A DNA stretch of 64,000 bases, taken from contig JBGOXS010000001.1 in assembly GCA_041479245.1 (NCBI GenBank), forward strand, positions 77,647 through 141,646. The letters are read 5' to 3'. How positions within the stretch are numbered: the stretch's first letter is position 1; each line of letters starts with the position of its first letter. Below are positions 8,088-18,631 of this stretch, piece after piece. The notes below the pieces were generated by a model. The model made no database searches and was not told where the DNA came from. It saw only the letters and a program-made list of their open reading frames with translations. The position numbers were made by a program, and so were the translations under genes. The DNA is from Anaerolineae bacterium. Lineage in GTDB: Bacteria > Chloroflexota > Anaerolineae > Anaerolineales > UBA4823.

Positions 8088-9343
8088 CTGGGGGATCTCC
8101 TGCGCAGGCTGAACGCTTCATCACCGGCAAGGAAACCATAAAGTGGGGAGGCTGAAATGGGCAGCACGCGGCTGTTAGCAAAATATGCCCAATCGAACCC
8201 GGTTAGGTCACCTTCTTTTTTACCAGGTATAGGCATCAGGCGGGCGGTGAGCGGCTTCCCCAACCGTAAGGATAAACTCGCCAGGTCGAGTAGGACGGCG
8301 GATATGCTCTCGGCGCTGGTGTCCCCAGGCAGCGGCACACAGTCCAACCCGGTTCCGCAGACACATGAATACAACAGCAAGTCCTTTACCCCCAGGCTGC
8401 CTTCTTCTGCACGCCTGGCAAGGGTAGCATCCTCCAAAATGGGGAGCAGTAAACCGCTGAACCCTGCGCGCAAAAAATCAGCCTGGTCCATTGTATCTGC
8501 CAAAATGGCTGCTGCAGTTAGCGAACCGTGTTCACCCAGACGGGGTACTCCTAATCGTTCCAGCGCGGTTCCCAAAGATTGCTCCTGAGAAGGGTATGGA
8601 GCCAGCGAAAAATCGATACCGCCGAATTTAACCTTTGATAGCCTTTCCACTTGACTAGCGATAGCGGTCAGGGCTTGCGCATGCGTCTCCATCGACTGCA
8701 CCAGGTTGATTCGCGCTTCTTCTAAGCTGCCAGATTGGATGAACGCATTCACCGCCAGGTCTGCTGCTTCGGTGGCTAAAGCAAATGTCGGCTCGCCACC
8801 TGTGTGATAAGCTGCCGGAAAGAAGGGTGAGCCTGGCGGTACGTTCGCCAGGGCAGCAAAGCGTAGATTACCGAACCCATCTGCAGATATGCTGCTGGCA
8901 CGCTGGATGACATCGGCGCATTTGCGCACAGCAGGCAATGAGATCCTACCATCTGGGGTAGTCATCGAACCTGAGAAGAAGGCATTCTCCGTGGATGCGA
9001 GGGCGTCTGGGATGGCTGTATAGTCCTCCAGTTGGTCTGGGAGGGCGTGGCCGAGTGAAATATAGGCGTAACCCTCCGCGCCAGCCGTTTCCTCGAGCTC
9101 ATGCCCGAGTTGTGATAACTTTCCCAGTTTTTGGCCTGCCATAAGCTGGGGGAAAGGAACGGTCGCAAGGCGGGCAGTTTGTACCTTATATCCCGTGTCT
9201 TCATATGCCGGTCTGGCGATTCGCAAGAATTCGCCGGCTAACTTCAATTTCTGGGTATCCAATGGAAAAGATGGGTCAAGAAAATACGTGATCGAACGTA
9301 GTTTCATGGGGAGGATTCTATCAGGGTTGAGGGACGCGGACAA
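8084..9343 (-). CDS. DUF711/UPF0210-family protein (PFL-like fold)
   Basis: The C-terminal half (FGGIDFSLAPYP...HGSLTAAAILADT...GFSGLLLPILED...CVCGTGLDCVPLPGDT...LTARLMPIPGKKEGD) aligns with remembered UPF0210 sequences. Position 9343 is a TTG; the first ATG (MKLRSITYF) is at 9307. Confidence 0.7.
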   Translation of the reverse strand: MSASLNPDRILPMKLRSITYFLDPSFPLDTQKLKLAGEFLRIARPAYEDTGYKVQTARLATVPFPQLMAGQKLGKLSQLGHELEETAGAEGYAYISLGHALPDQLEDYTAIPDALASTENAFFSGSMTTPDGRISLPAVRKCADVIQRASSISADGFGNLRFAALANVPPGSPFFPAAYHTGGEPTFALATEAADLAVNAFIQSGSLEEARINLVQSMETHAQALTAIASQVERLSKVKFGGIDFSLAPYPSQEQSLGTALERLGVPRLGEHGSLTAAAILADTMDQADFLRAGFSGLLLPILEDATLARRAEEGSLGVKDLLLYSCVCGTGLDCVPLPGDTSAESISAVLLDLASLSLRLGKPLTARLMPIPGKKEGDLTGFDWAYFANSRVLPISASPLYGFLAGDEAFSLRRRSPR

Positions 9344-9364
9344 GTTTTCCAGACTGACTAATCA

Positions 9365-9397
9365 TAAAAAAGACAGGCTTCTTATTAGCAGCCTGTT
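9365..9397 (-). terminator. Rho-independent terminator (minus strand) downstream of the kinase-like gene
   Basis: 7-bp stem acaggct/agcctgt. The minus strand reads ...aacaggctgctaataagaagcctgtcttttttat (U-tract). Confidence 0.5.
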
Positions 9398-9530
9398 CCA
9401 AAAAATGAATGTGCCCCTCCGTATGTTTGCATACGATGCACTGAATTTAGATTGTGGTTATATTACCTCCGTAAGCTCTCCACTTTCCTTGTGAGCAGCA
9501 GCCCAATTCTATCAATTCTCGATGAATCCA

Positions 9531-10880
9531 TTAAATCTTATCCAGCAGCCGGTATGCTTCGCCTGCCATGACTGATTCGAATGGCTGCGGGGTGATCGCT
9601 GGGTAGGCGCCTTGCAGCACATAGTCATAGTCTCGGTTCAACTGCTCACCCAGGCGCACCAGTTTGGCCAGACCCACCCGGAAAGCCGCCGAGGCAGTGT
9701 ACCCGAATCTAACCAGCTGGGTATCGATACGGCAGCCACTGTCCTGTAAGCCGTTAATATAGCTGGTAAATAACGTCTCTGAGATGTCATTTAGTCTGTA
9801 ACTTTTTAGATTCAAGTACGTGCCGTATACCAGCTGACCGAGGTCATCTCCCAGCGGCTCGATGCCTGCCAAAGACCAGTCCATCGCCACGGTTTGCTCA
9901 AGTTTTCGCTGCGAATGGTGAGAGATGAAATTCGCCGGGTTCGTATCGCCATGACAGATCGTTTTAGGCAGTTGGTCAAGCCGGGCGAGGAAGCGCTCGT
10001 GATCATAGAGCATACTTCTGAAGCTATCCAGCTCAGGGTTGGGGAACTGCTGCCAAACCTGCGGATGATCCCAAGGAAAATCCTGCCAGGCGATCGAATC
10101 CAACCATTGACGAGAACGCTGCCTGCTGAGCCACGGGAATGACGGCAGCTCACGCCGGGAAATGTAAATGCCGTTCAAACGTCCCAGGTGCCGGGCAGCG
10201 AGGGCATAACGATGCAAAGGCCAGCTGCCTGAATAGGTGTCATTGATATCTTCCAACCACATCCCGGCGATGCTGCCGGGCATCTCGACAGCATCATAAC
10301 AGTGCGGTGCACAGATGCCCTCTGGCAGACCATCGAGCCAGCCTGATTGGTAAATCAGCAGCTCTCGCTTCCAATAGTTCCAGTGGCTTGGGTTATCCCC
10401 CTCGCTGTAATTCATCAAGCCCAGGTTGGACGGGGACTGGATGACCTTAAGGATGACTGACCAATCCAGCCATTCACCTCGGTCTACACCCACCCCCTCG
10501 AAGCGATACAGACCCAGGCTGACGGGGTTGCCTGTTTTGCCATCCAGGTTGCGTGACCGCCAGCCCTGGATCTGGAAATTATTGCGGTTTAATGCCTGGC
10601 GCACCACTGACGACAGTCTGGATTTATTGATTGAGCGCAGGGCTGCCGGTATATCGTTCTCCAGGGCAAAACAACCGTGATAGTCTAAACACACCCGCAG
10701 GGTATCGTGTCCCTCCATTACATTGCCAGCTAAATTGATTTGAGTTGGGGTTTTTAAGTATCTGGGAGAAGAATGTTGAGTGCTCGGACTGGTTTGCCTC
10801 GTGCCCTCCCTGCCGTAGTACGACAGATAACCTGGGGTTGTCGTAGTCGACCGGTGAAAGTTGGTTTTGTAGGTGTCCAT
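9531..10880 (-). CDS. Phosphotransferase (APH/choline-kinase-like) family protein
   Basis: Brenner-type catalytic motif CHGDTNPANFI and a downstream DW..AG segment. 449 aa. Confidence 0.7.
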   Translation of the reverse strand: MDTYKTNFHRSTTTTPGYLSYYGREGTRQTSPSTQHSSPRYLKTPTQINLAGNVMEGHDTLRVCLDYHGCFALENDIPAALRSINKSRLSSVVRQALNRNNFQIQGWRSRNLDGKTGNPVSLGLYRFEGVGVDRGEWLDWSVILKVIQSPSNLGLMNYSEGDNPSHWNYWKRELLIYQSGWLDGLPEGICAPHCYDAVEMPGSIAGMWLEDINDTYSGSWPLHRYALAARHLGRLNGIYISRRELPSFPWLSRQRSRQWLDSIAWQDFPWDHPQVWQQFPNPELDSFRSMLYDHERFLARLDQLPKTICHGDTNPANFISHHSQRKLEQTVAMDWSLAGIEPLGDDLGQLVYGTYLNLKSYRLNDISETLFTSYINGLQDSGCRIDTQLVRFGYTASAAFRVGLAKLVRLGEQLNRDYDYVLQGAYPAITPQPFESVMAGEAYRLLDKI

Positions 10881-11130
10881 GCACGTTATTCCCTTCTATT
10901 GCGATGAAGAAATATAAGCTTCCCAAATGGTTATCAGCCAAATCTCGTATCTCCAAAAAAGATGAAAGGAAGATTAAGGTTATTTTAGAGTTTTATTTGA
11001 TCAATGCCATTTGAAATAATTGGGATTAATTGGTAGGGCTCCAATTGTAGGCTGACTACATTGTATAGAGCAGGACATGGTATTCATTCCTTGCCTAATG
11101 AAAAACTGCCCTGCCCGGCTAATAAATCAT

Positions 11131-11170
11131 CAAAAACAAATAGACAGGCTCCCGAGTGGCAGCCTGTCTA
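11131..11170 (-). terminator. Rho-independent terminator (minus strand) after the multicopper oxidase gene
   Basis: Perfect 10-bp stem tagacaggct/agcctgtcta with a 10-nt loop, followed on the minus strand by tttgttttt. Confidence 0.65.
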
Positions 11171-11207
11171 AGATGATTATCCCCTGCTTATCTATTGAGG
11201 ATATTTG

Positions 11208-13505
11208 TTAGTAATCCACTCCTTGGACGATTTCCCGGGTCACATCTGGCTGTGGATCGATCATATCCGGACGCATCATCTCATTGTCCTCATGATCGAC
11301 GATGTGGCAGTGCCAGACGTATCCACCACCCAGCGCAGCTGGGTCAAATGGCAGGGCAGCATCTTCTGGCAAGGTATCCGCAGCGACTTCCTGAAGAGCA
11401 AAGCGCACAATGAAGCGCGTTACTTGGCGCGGGAGCACCATTACTGTATCCTTCCAGCCTATTTCCTGAGGTTTGGGTGGCTGGATTTCTCCCCTGAGGA
11501 AGTCTGTGACGTCAGGGTTGCCACCTATTTTGCCATTAATTGGGATGTTGTAAGGCAATGGGGGACCAAATGCAGGGACGAAGTTGCCTTGAGTTACATC
11601 TGTTTTCTGCGTGTAATCGTATCCTCCCGGGAACGCTGCTGAGTAGTTCGTCGACATGTACAGATCAGCGTTAAAATCTTGCCGGTTCATAAGCTGGAAT
11701 TGGACCAGGTGGGTGTGGATTGGATGAGCATCCGCCGTCAGGTTGACGATCTCCCAAAGCTCTGTCTGACCTTCTTTTGGAAATTCGGATATAAAGTTCC
11801 CGTCTAAATCTGTAGGCCAGCTTTCATCGATGGGTTCCATTGTATACATCTCCCCTTCGTCACCAGGCTCGGTACCAGTGATCCGCATTCCATCCCATTT
11901 GGTATTGTTGACCAGGATTTCTATTGGCCCACCCTCGTAAGTCACTTCCAAACCAGTGACCGGGTCGATAGTAATCCGCGATACATCAATTGCAATCTCA
12001 TTGAGGGTGAGCTGGCGGGTTTTATCAATATTAACAACAGGCACACCGGCCACTGGATCGACCAGACGCACCATAGGTTTCTGGCGAACCTTCGCACCAG
12101 GTAAAGCTGGGTTAAAACTGGTATCAGTCATCGGCTTCCCATAGGCATTGAGCTGCATGATCCGATCGGTAGCACCAGGAATTAAGGGATCCCCATTAGG
12201 ATAAGGAGATAATGCTGCATTCCCGAGCAACCAATGTCCAGAATATTTCTGACCATTAGGGCCTCTCATACCTTTCTGAAAACCAGCAAAATCGATAATA
12301 ACCATATACCGTTCACCTGGCATCATGAGAAATGTTGAACTGGCTGGTGAAGCCGGTGGATCGAGCCTAACTGGTTTATCTAAATAGCCACCATCCGTCG
12401 CAATAATCCAGAAGGGTGGACCCGGATTACCAGAAGTAGGATCTACCAGGTACATACCATACGAACGGGCGTTCGACCCATTCACAAATATGAACGTGTA
12501 ACGTTTGGGCAGAAGATCTATGTACGGCCAGGTTTTACCATTGACGCAAATTGTGTCCCCAAGGAACTCAGGCACCCAGTATGGGTGCTCAGGGTTCGGT
12601 GACTCCAGGTTTCCGCCTGCGCTGTCTGCTGGGAAGAACAGTTGCCCATTCGTATCGAACATGCGGTCCTGGATCACCAGGGGTACGAGTGGAGGTAAGT
12701 TTTGCGGATCATTTGCCGAGTCTGTAATCAGGTAAGCACCTGCCAGACCCATGTATACATTCAAACGAGTAGCGCCCAGGGTGTGGTCATGGAACCAGAT
12801 GGGTGAACCTTCCTGGTAATTGGGGTAGCGGTAAATGCAGTAGTTTTGAGGTTGATCCCCCTGCGTCCAACCCTTGGAATAAAATCCTTTTCCGATATAG
12901 TGCCCATCGCTGGTGAACCAGGAATCAGGCCCACCATCCAGCACCGGTGGCACGTAACCACCATGCAGGTGCGGGCAGGCCGGTATGGGTCCATTATAGT
13001 TTTCAGCACCTTCCTGGTCTGGATCAGGTGGCTGCGCCATATGGTTCCACATACTAGCTCCCCCGTGCAACGGGTCAGCCCAGTGCAGGGTCTGATCGGT
13101 CGAGTATTTATATGCCAGTGCATGAGTAGACTGAGAATTACCCAGATTGTTGACGAATTTTATCTCGGTTGGCTGTTTTCGGGTCGCTACAATTACCGGA
13201 CCAAGATAGCTGGCTCGGCTGGTCTGACCCGGTTTCAGGTAGCCCCATACCCAGGTTTTCGGGTAATGCTTGGGGAGTATTTGGGTTTGAAACTCAGTCA
13301 TTCGCAGCTCAATTTGCCCGGGTCCAGCAGCAATTGTGTCTAAGCTTGGTAATGTGTCAACAAACTGCGGTATGGTTGTTGAGTCTAACGGAGTTTGGGG
13401 AGATTGATCGGCCCTGGCAACTTTAAAGAAGTTCCTACGGGTCGCAACGTAGGTTGCCGCTCCCCCTGCGATTGATAATTTTAAGAAATTACGTCTTGAT
13501 AGCAT
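11208..13505 (-). CDS. Tat-exported multicopper oxidase (CotA/bilirubin-oxidase-like)
   Basis: Twin-arginine signal MLSRRNFLKLSIAGGAA. The four copper-ligand motifs are HLHGG, WFHDHTLG, HPIHTHLVQF and WHCHIVDHEDNEMM. Confidence 0.9.
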   Translation of the reverse strand: MLSRRNFLKLSIAGGAATYVATRRNFFKVARADQSPQTPLDSTTIPQFVDTLPSLDTIAAGPGQIELRMTEFQTQILPKHYPKTWVWGYLKPGQTSRASYLGPVIVATRKQPTEIKFVNNLGNSQSTHALAYKYSTDQTLHWADPLHGGASMWNHMAQPPDPDQEGAENYNGPIPACPHLHGGYVPPVLDGGPDSWFTSDGHYIGKGFYSKGWTQGDQPQNYCIYRYPNYQEGSPIWFHDHTLGATRLNVYMGLAGAYLITDSANDPQNLPPLVPLVIQDRMFDTNGQLFFPADSAGGNLESPNPEHPYWVPEFLGDTICVNGKTWPYIDLLPKRYTFIFVNGSNARSYGMYLVDPTSGNPGPPFWIIATDGGYLDKPVRLDPPASPASSTFLMMPGERYMVIIDFAGFQKGMRGPNGQKYSGHWLLGNAALSPYPNGDPLIPGATDRIMQLNAYGKPMTDTSFNPALPGAKVRQKPMVRLVDPVAGVPVVNIDKTRQLTLNEIAIDVSRITIDPVTGLEVTYEGGPIEILVNNTKWDGMRITGTEPGDEGEMYTMEPIDESWPTDLDGNFISEFPKEGQTELWEIVNLTADAHPIHTHLVQFQLMNRQDFNADLYMSTNYSAAFPGGYDYTQKTDVTQGNFVPAFGPPLPYNIPINGKIGGNPDVTDFLRGEIQPPKPQEIGWKDTVMVLPRQVTRFIVRFALQEVAADTLPEDAALPFDPAALGGGYVWHCHIVDHEDNEMMRPDMIDPQPDVTREIVQGVDY

Positions 13506-13744
13506 TTTTTCCTCCTGAAATACAAAATGACTGTTTAATAAAACAGATGGGATAATTCGACTTGGGTTTATGCGAACCCCTGTTTACCTCCTCACTCAAA
13601 ATAATTTGCATTACTACTGCTTATATTTTATTAAATATTAACTTTATATAAATTGGAATTAATTTGCGTTAATTTGTACTACACCAATTATTTGTATTAT
13701 TTGTGAGGTTATAAACTATCCCACCGCTTCCTCGGATGGTCACA

Positions 13745-13780
13745 TAGAAATAAAAAAGGCAAGCCTGTCATGGCCTGCCT
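13745..13780 (-). terminator. Probable rho-independent terminator (minus strand) after the GAF-PP2C gene
   Basis: Imperfect stem aggcaagcc/ggcctgcct, followed on the minus strand by ttttttatttc. Confidence 0.5.
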
Positions 13781-13902
13781 TCATAATATATTTCATCGGG
13801 CGTAACAATATCGAAGACTATCTCAAGATCAACACACTCCCATCGCACAACATTTGGAATCGAGCTCGTTTGTCTGCTACGGATGCTAAATCCAAGAAAA
13901 AC

Positions 13903-15810
13903 CTACCCCACCTTACGTCTTATTGCCAGTAAGGTGATATCGTCGATCTGCATCGTGCCAGCTGCATATACCTTCAGCCGGCTTTGCACCTCATCCAACA
14001 GGGCTGATAAGCCCTGATCTCCTGTAAACAGCGGGACCAATTCCTCAATGTCGAAGTACTCGCCGGCGGGGTTAACCGTATCGGTCAAACCATCCGTGTG
14101 GGCAAACAGCATTTCGCCGGGTTCAACCCTCACTTCGCCGACCGTATATTTTGTTCCGACGGCTAATCCAACGGCTGGACCTGTGAGAGTGAGTTTTTCT
14201 TTTACCTTTCCCTGCTCGATCACGACAGGCGGCAAGTGACCACCATTAATATATTTCAACACTCCCGAGTTTGTATCGAGGATTCCAAAAAAGATCGTAC
14301 AGAACATATTCGTTCCGCCATGCGTTTCGGCGATGTAATTATTAGTCAGCGAGATCGCATTTTCAATCCGCCTGGCCGGGTCGATCGTACTTGCATACTC
14401 GGCGTTGGTGAAGAAATCGATATTCGATACAGCCCGGATCAGGCTGCGGAACAATGTCATGAATAATGCAGCCCCCAGCCCTTTATCACAAACATCTGCG
14501 ATCACCAGCCCGATTTTCCCATCGGTTAGCTCGAAGACGTCATAAAAGTCACCGGTGACCTCGCGCGCCGATTTGAGTGATGCCGCAATCTCCCAACCCT
14601 TAGGCTGAGGCAGCGTTTCAGGCAGGAACCCTGCCTGGATTTCCCTGCCGATCTCAAACTCACGCTCCAGGGCTTTGCGATATAATGCCTCCCGTTCCCA
14701 CAGTTGGGCATTTTCAACCGCAATGCTCATCGCGTTGGCCAGTGTTTTCAGCAGCCGTATGTCTGTGGAATTGAAAGCGTATTCACTTTCCATATCCTTC
14801 AAAACAATCGCCCCGTGCAAGGCATCCCCCATCATGATCGGCACGTATAATGCCGACTTAGGAAGTCCCTTGCCGGACGAATAGACATTTTGATACCTGA
14901 CCACTGCCTCTTCCATGTTCTCATCAATCAACAGGGGTTGTGGGTTCTGGATCAAAAAGCCCATAAAACCCTTCCCACCCACATTATATGGGGGCTGCGC
15001 AATTTGCTCACCACTTTCAACCTGGAATGGCGCCGAAAGCTGGTCGGTCTCGTGGTCATAAACCAAGATTGCCAGGTCAGCCGGCTGGAAGTATTCCTCA
15101 AGCTTCTCACCCACAAGTGCATATATGGTATCCAGGTCCAGCTTTTGTGCCAGCCCTTCCTGCACACTGTTGATGATGTGCAATTCGGTGGCGCGCTGTT
15201 CCGTCTCATTCAACAGTCGTTGGGTTTCATCAAACAAGTGGGCATTTTCGAGGGCGACACTCATCGAAGCCGCCAGGGTTTGCAACAGCCTGACGTCTGA
15301 TTCGTCAAACGCATTCTCACGATCCAAGTTCTGCAAGCTCAGAATCCCAGTCACCTGGTCGCCTACGATCATAGGGACTCCAAGCCAGGACTTGGGCGTG
15401 ATGGTGCCGGGAATGGTATGCTGACCAAACCGCGCAGCCAGTTTGGCCACATTCGTGTTCACCAGGACAGGCTGCCGTGTTTGCACAATCTGAGTACGAA
15501 ACCCACGGATTGGGTAACGCCCGGGTGCGAAGATGTGCTCGCCGCGCTCGATGGCATAGCGGTGTTCGATCGTTTCTGTCTGCGGGTCATAGGTGGAGAT
15601 CATCACTACTTGCAAATCGAAGATATCGCGGATTTTGTCCCCCACCAAGTTATAAATTGCCTGGACGTCCAGGCGAGAAGCCAACGCCTGCTGGACGCTG
15701 TTGATGAGCGCTAATTCAGCCTCACGCTCCACCAGCTCTTGGTGGATGATTTCGCTTTCTTGGGATAATGAGGCCTGATTCGTCATCGTCACATTTCCTA
15801 TGATCGCCAT
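13903..15810 (-). CDS. GAF-GAF-PP2C (SpoIIE-type) serine phosphatase
   Basis: Two GAF-like repeats, each ending ...ALENAHLFDE / AVENAQLWER. The C-terminal PP2C/SpoIIE block contains GDFYDV, VIADVCDKGLGAALFM, INGGHLPP and HTDGLTD. Confidence 0.85.
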   Translation of the reverse strand: MAIIGNVTMTNQASLSQESEIIHQELVEREAELALINSVQQALASRLDVQAIYNLVGDKIRDIFDLQVVMISTYDPQTETIEHRYAIERGEHIFAPGRYPIRGFRTQIVQTRQPVLVNTNVAKLAARFGQHTIPGTITPKSWLGVPMIVGDQVTGILSLQNLDRENAFDESDVRLLQTLAASMSVALENAHLFDETQRLLNETEQRATELHIINSVQEGLAQKLDLDTIYALVGEKLEEYFQPADLAILVYDHETDQLSAPFQVESGEQIAQPPYNVGGKGFMGFLIQNPQPLLIDENMEEAVVRYQNVYSSGKGLPKSALYVPIMMGDALHGAIVLKDMESEYAFNSTDIRLLKTLANAMSIAVENAQLWEREALYRKALEREFEIGREIQAGFLPETLPQPKGWEIAASLKSAREVTGDFYDVFELTDGKIGLVIADVCDKGLGAALFMTLFRSLIRAVSNIDFFTNAEYASTIDPARRIENAISLTNNYIAETHGGTNMFCTIFFGILDTNSGVLKYINGGHLPPVVIEQGKVKEKLTLTGPAVGLAVGTKYTVGEVRVEPGEMLFAHTDGLTDTVNPAGEYFDIEELVPLFTGDQGLSALLDEVQSRLKVYAAGTMQIDDITLLAIRRKVG

Positions 15811-16162
15811 ACTGATCTGTCATTGAACTCCAGTCAGTTATCCGGTACTATGTCGGGTATGGCTGGAATTTGGGTTGCGTTTTTTTGCGGCTGCCATTGC
15901 AGTAGAACTTGATTATCCCATGCTTCGGCTGATTGAAGCCAGGCTATCAGATCATGGGATGTATTAAGCCGCCACAACATTACCATTGATAAATCTACCA
16001 AACCTGCAATCATGGATCCGGCATTCAATAAAGACGCAATCGCAATCAGTAGGCGCCATTGTCAAATATCAGTCTGTTACAGTAAAGCTTATCAGCCAGT
16101 CTGTAGGATATGCGGACCAGTCTATGTCGGCTGGAGTTATAACCTCCCGTACCAGAACGTGT

Positions 16163-16507
16163 CTATTCCATTCTAGGTGGTTTCGGTCGCCGTGTATTGT
16201 CCTCGATGTCCATCAACACATAAACTGCTTCAGAAGCCAGCATTAATACAATCCATAGAAACCCGCTTAATACAAAAGGAACTAAAAAGGGTGGTAAGGC
16301 AAAAGCAAATTGCTCGATCGCGAGATGGTTATGGAATATATAATACGCAAAATAGACAATGATCGCCCCGCAAACTACGAATAGAACGAGGAATAACCAG
16401 GATATCCATTCTGCAATCTGCGCCAGCCGCATTAGTGTCTTCTGGTCATGATAGGTATCAGGCTCTGGTACAGGAACTTCGCTTGTTTCGGTCATCTGCT
16501 CAGTCAT
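16163..16507 (-). CDS. Small membrane protein (3 predicted TM), unknown function
   Basis: A 114-aa ORF in an AT-rich context. Hydrophobic segments include WISWLFLVLFVVCGAIIVYFAYYIF and ALPPFLVPFVLSGFLWIVLMLA. An RBS-like ggaggatc lies upstream. Confidence 0.55.
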   Translation of the reverse strand: MTEQMTETSEVPVPEPDTYHDQKTLMRLAQIAEWISWLFLVLFVVCGAIIVYFAYYIFHNHLAIEQFAFALPPFLVPFVLSGFLWIVLMLASEAVYVLMDIEDNTRRPKPPRME

Positions 16508-16994
16508 TTTAGATCCTCCTTGTAGATATGACCATGCTCGAACTTGGAATTCATCCTAATTAATTTAGAACGAACTTCACATGTTACCTTTCATAATTTT
16601 TAATTGATGATTGGTTTCATCCACATAGATTATAACGGGATTTAATGAATGCACCGTGATATCTCCTGGTCAATGAGATGAAAACCCACTTTCGATCGAA
16701 TGGTTATGCCCTCAATGAGCTCTGTGTGTAATTATCAGGAGGTTCGCCCAAACTGAGTTATGAACCAATGCTACCTCATCGAATTCAATTTGCATAATTA
16801 ATGCGTTCAAAATTTGACAATATCTTTACCGCCAGCCGTGTGTTACTGTGTCTCAAGCTTAGATGTTGTAGAGCATGTTCATTGAGCCTGGTGGCTTATC
16901 ATTTTCCCGATCAATAAGTGGCAGGATAGCGTAAAATTCAGTAGAATCAATTTGTCGTCCCTATTTATATACTACTTAATTCTTCGGAGGTTCT

Positions 16995-17768
16995 ATGGCT
17001 GTCAACTGGGATGAAGTACAGAAGGTCCTGTCTCCGGTAAAGGATTATGAAGATTTATGCCATCGGTTCCAGGTATCCTTCTCGTTTCCATTCGTGAACG
17101 CAAAATTCAACTTTACGATGCTTCACTTAATCGATTACACCAATAAGTTACTGCTGGGCGATTCACGCGGCCGTTACAAAGAATATAATTCCAGGTTGGT
17201 CGACGTAATCACAAGGCTAGATCAAGCCGGTGTGCAGAATGTGCTGGAATTAACGGAAAAAACAGCAGACCGCGAAAAGCTGGAGAGTTTTGTTGATCAA
17301 TCTCAGCTATCTGCCCCTGATATCATTTTGGTTTTGAAATACCTGGTCTACTGGCTTATCCCTGGTGAGAAATATCTAAGCGGGTTGGTGCGAGCTGACC
17401 CCGAAATCCTTGAAGCGATCAAAGTATTGCGGGAATTAAAGGTTCGGACCAATCTGGAGTTGTTGGAGAAGGGGATCACGGTTATGGGGCGTAATTCACT
17501 GGTTAAAGCCAGCGGGTTGCCACCAGCTATGATCACTCATCTGGTCAACCGGGCAGATTTCTCCCGCCTGCCCTGGGCTAGCAAAGCTACGATTTCGAAT
17601 TTCATCGGTGCGGGTTACAGCAGCCTGTCGCAGTTGGCTAACGCTAACCCTGATCAGCTTTACAAAGATTTCATGCGTTATGGCCAGTCCATTGGGAAAA
17701 ACTTGAAGCTAGGTAATGAGATCGAGAATTGTTACCGCATCGCCAGGATTGTACCAGTACTCCTCTAA
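16995..17768 (+). CDS. Hypothetical protein (possibly DUF4332/helix-hairpin-helix-like C-terminus)
   Basis: 257-aa ORF with RBS cggaggttctATG. The C-terminal GAGYSSLSQLANANPDQLYKDF segment resembles HhH-type motifs. The family assignment is from memory only. Confidence 0.4.
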   Translation: MAVNWDEVQKVLSPVKDYEDLCHRFQVSFSFPFVNAKFNFTMLHLIDYTNKLLLGDSRGRYKEYNSRLVDVITRLDQAGVQNVLELTEKTADREKLESFVDQSQLSAPDIILVLKYLVYWLIPGEKYLSGLVRADPEILEAIKVLRELKVRTNLELLEKGITVMGRNSLVKASGLPPAMITHLVNRADFSRLPWASKATISNFIGAGYSSLSQLANANPDQLYKDFMRYGQSIGKNLKLGNEIENCYRIARIVPVLL

Positions 17769-18026
17769 GAAGAGTGATCCCCGCATCTAATCACTGTGCC
17801 CATAAAAACCTCATAGGATCTGTGGAACTAGATTCGCTTGGAGCCAGCGAAGCGAAGGAGCAGCTCTGTTATTTCCGTGCGTCGATCAATGGATGCACCA
17901 GGGTATTTTAACCTAATAAGGTCGAATAGGCATACAATTATGGGGGTTTGAATGAACATATTTTATGATGCAGGATTCTTATAAACGTAAAACGATGTTG
18001 AATTAACCACTTTCAAGGGAGGAAGC

Positions 18027-18458
18027 ATGAATAAATCAGAACGCCATGTCAAAGGACTGGGAGAAGTATCAATTCGCGTGAACAACTTGGATTTGATGCA
18101 TAAGTTTTACGAAGAAGTAATCGGGCTCGAAGTGCTGTCGCGGGGAGAGAGTCATGTGTTCTTCAAAATCGCTGAAGGGTATGGAGGTCATTCCCAGAAC
18201 CTAGCCCTCTTTAGTGCGGATAACCGCATGTTCCTTGAAAACAAATCACTAAAAATAAATTCAGCTCAATCCACGCTCCATCACGTTGCTCTCAATATCG
18301 CGCTTGAAGATTTCGATGCCGAGAAAAGGCGCCTCGAGGATTTAGGAATAAAGGTGAATGCGACTATACATGAGTGGTTACATGTTCACTCAATGTATTT
18401 TTCTGATCCAGAGGGCAATCTGCTGGAGTTTGTCTGTTACGATGCTGATGTGAAATAA
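18027..18458 (+). CDS. VOC/glyoxalase-family protein
   Basis: 143 aa with LGEVSIRVNNLDLMHKFYEEVIGLEV, HHVALNI and YFSDPEGNLLEF, the typical paired beta-alpha-beta-beta-beta modules. RBS gggaggaagcATG. Confidence 0.8.
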   Translation: MNKSERHVKGLGEVSIRVNNLDLMHKFYEEVIGLEVLSRGESHVFFKIAEGYGGHSQNLALFSADNRMFLENKSLKINSAQSTLHHVALNIALEDFDAEKRRLEDLGIKVNATIHEWLHVHSMYFSDPEGNLLEFVCYDADVK

Positions 18459-18631
18459 TAATATTGTGGCTTAAACTCAATGATCACCGCCTGGCGCAGG
18501 AAGCAATAGAGCAGAATCCTTGATCCAACCTTAGCGTTTGGATGGGAAGTGAAGGTGATAAAATAAGGGCGATTGGTAATATTTTTAGGAATCGCCTTGA
18601 AGCTTGTTGATGGTCAGGTGGGAAGTGGAAT

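Noticed and set aside
13640-13700. A CopY/CsoR-type 'cop box' upstream of the multicopper oxidase (tttgtactacacc).
   Set aside because: The sequence forms TGTAnTACA on the reverse strand. That does not match the TACAnnTGTA consensus, and only one copy is present.
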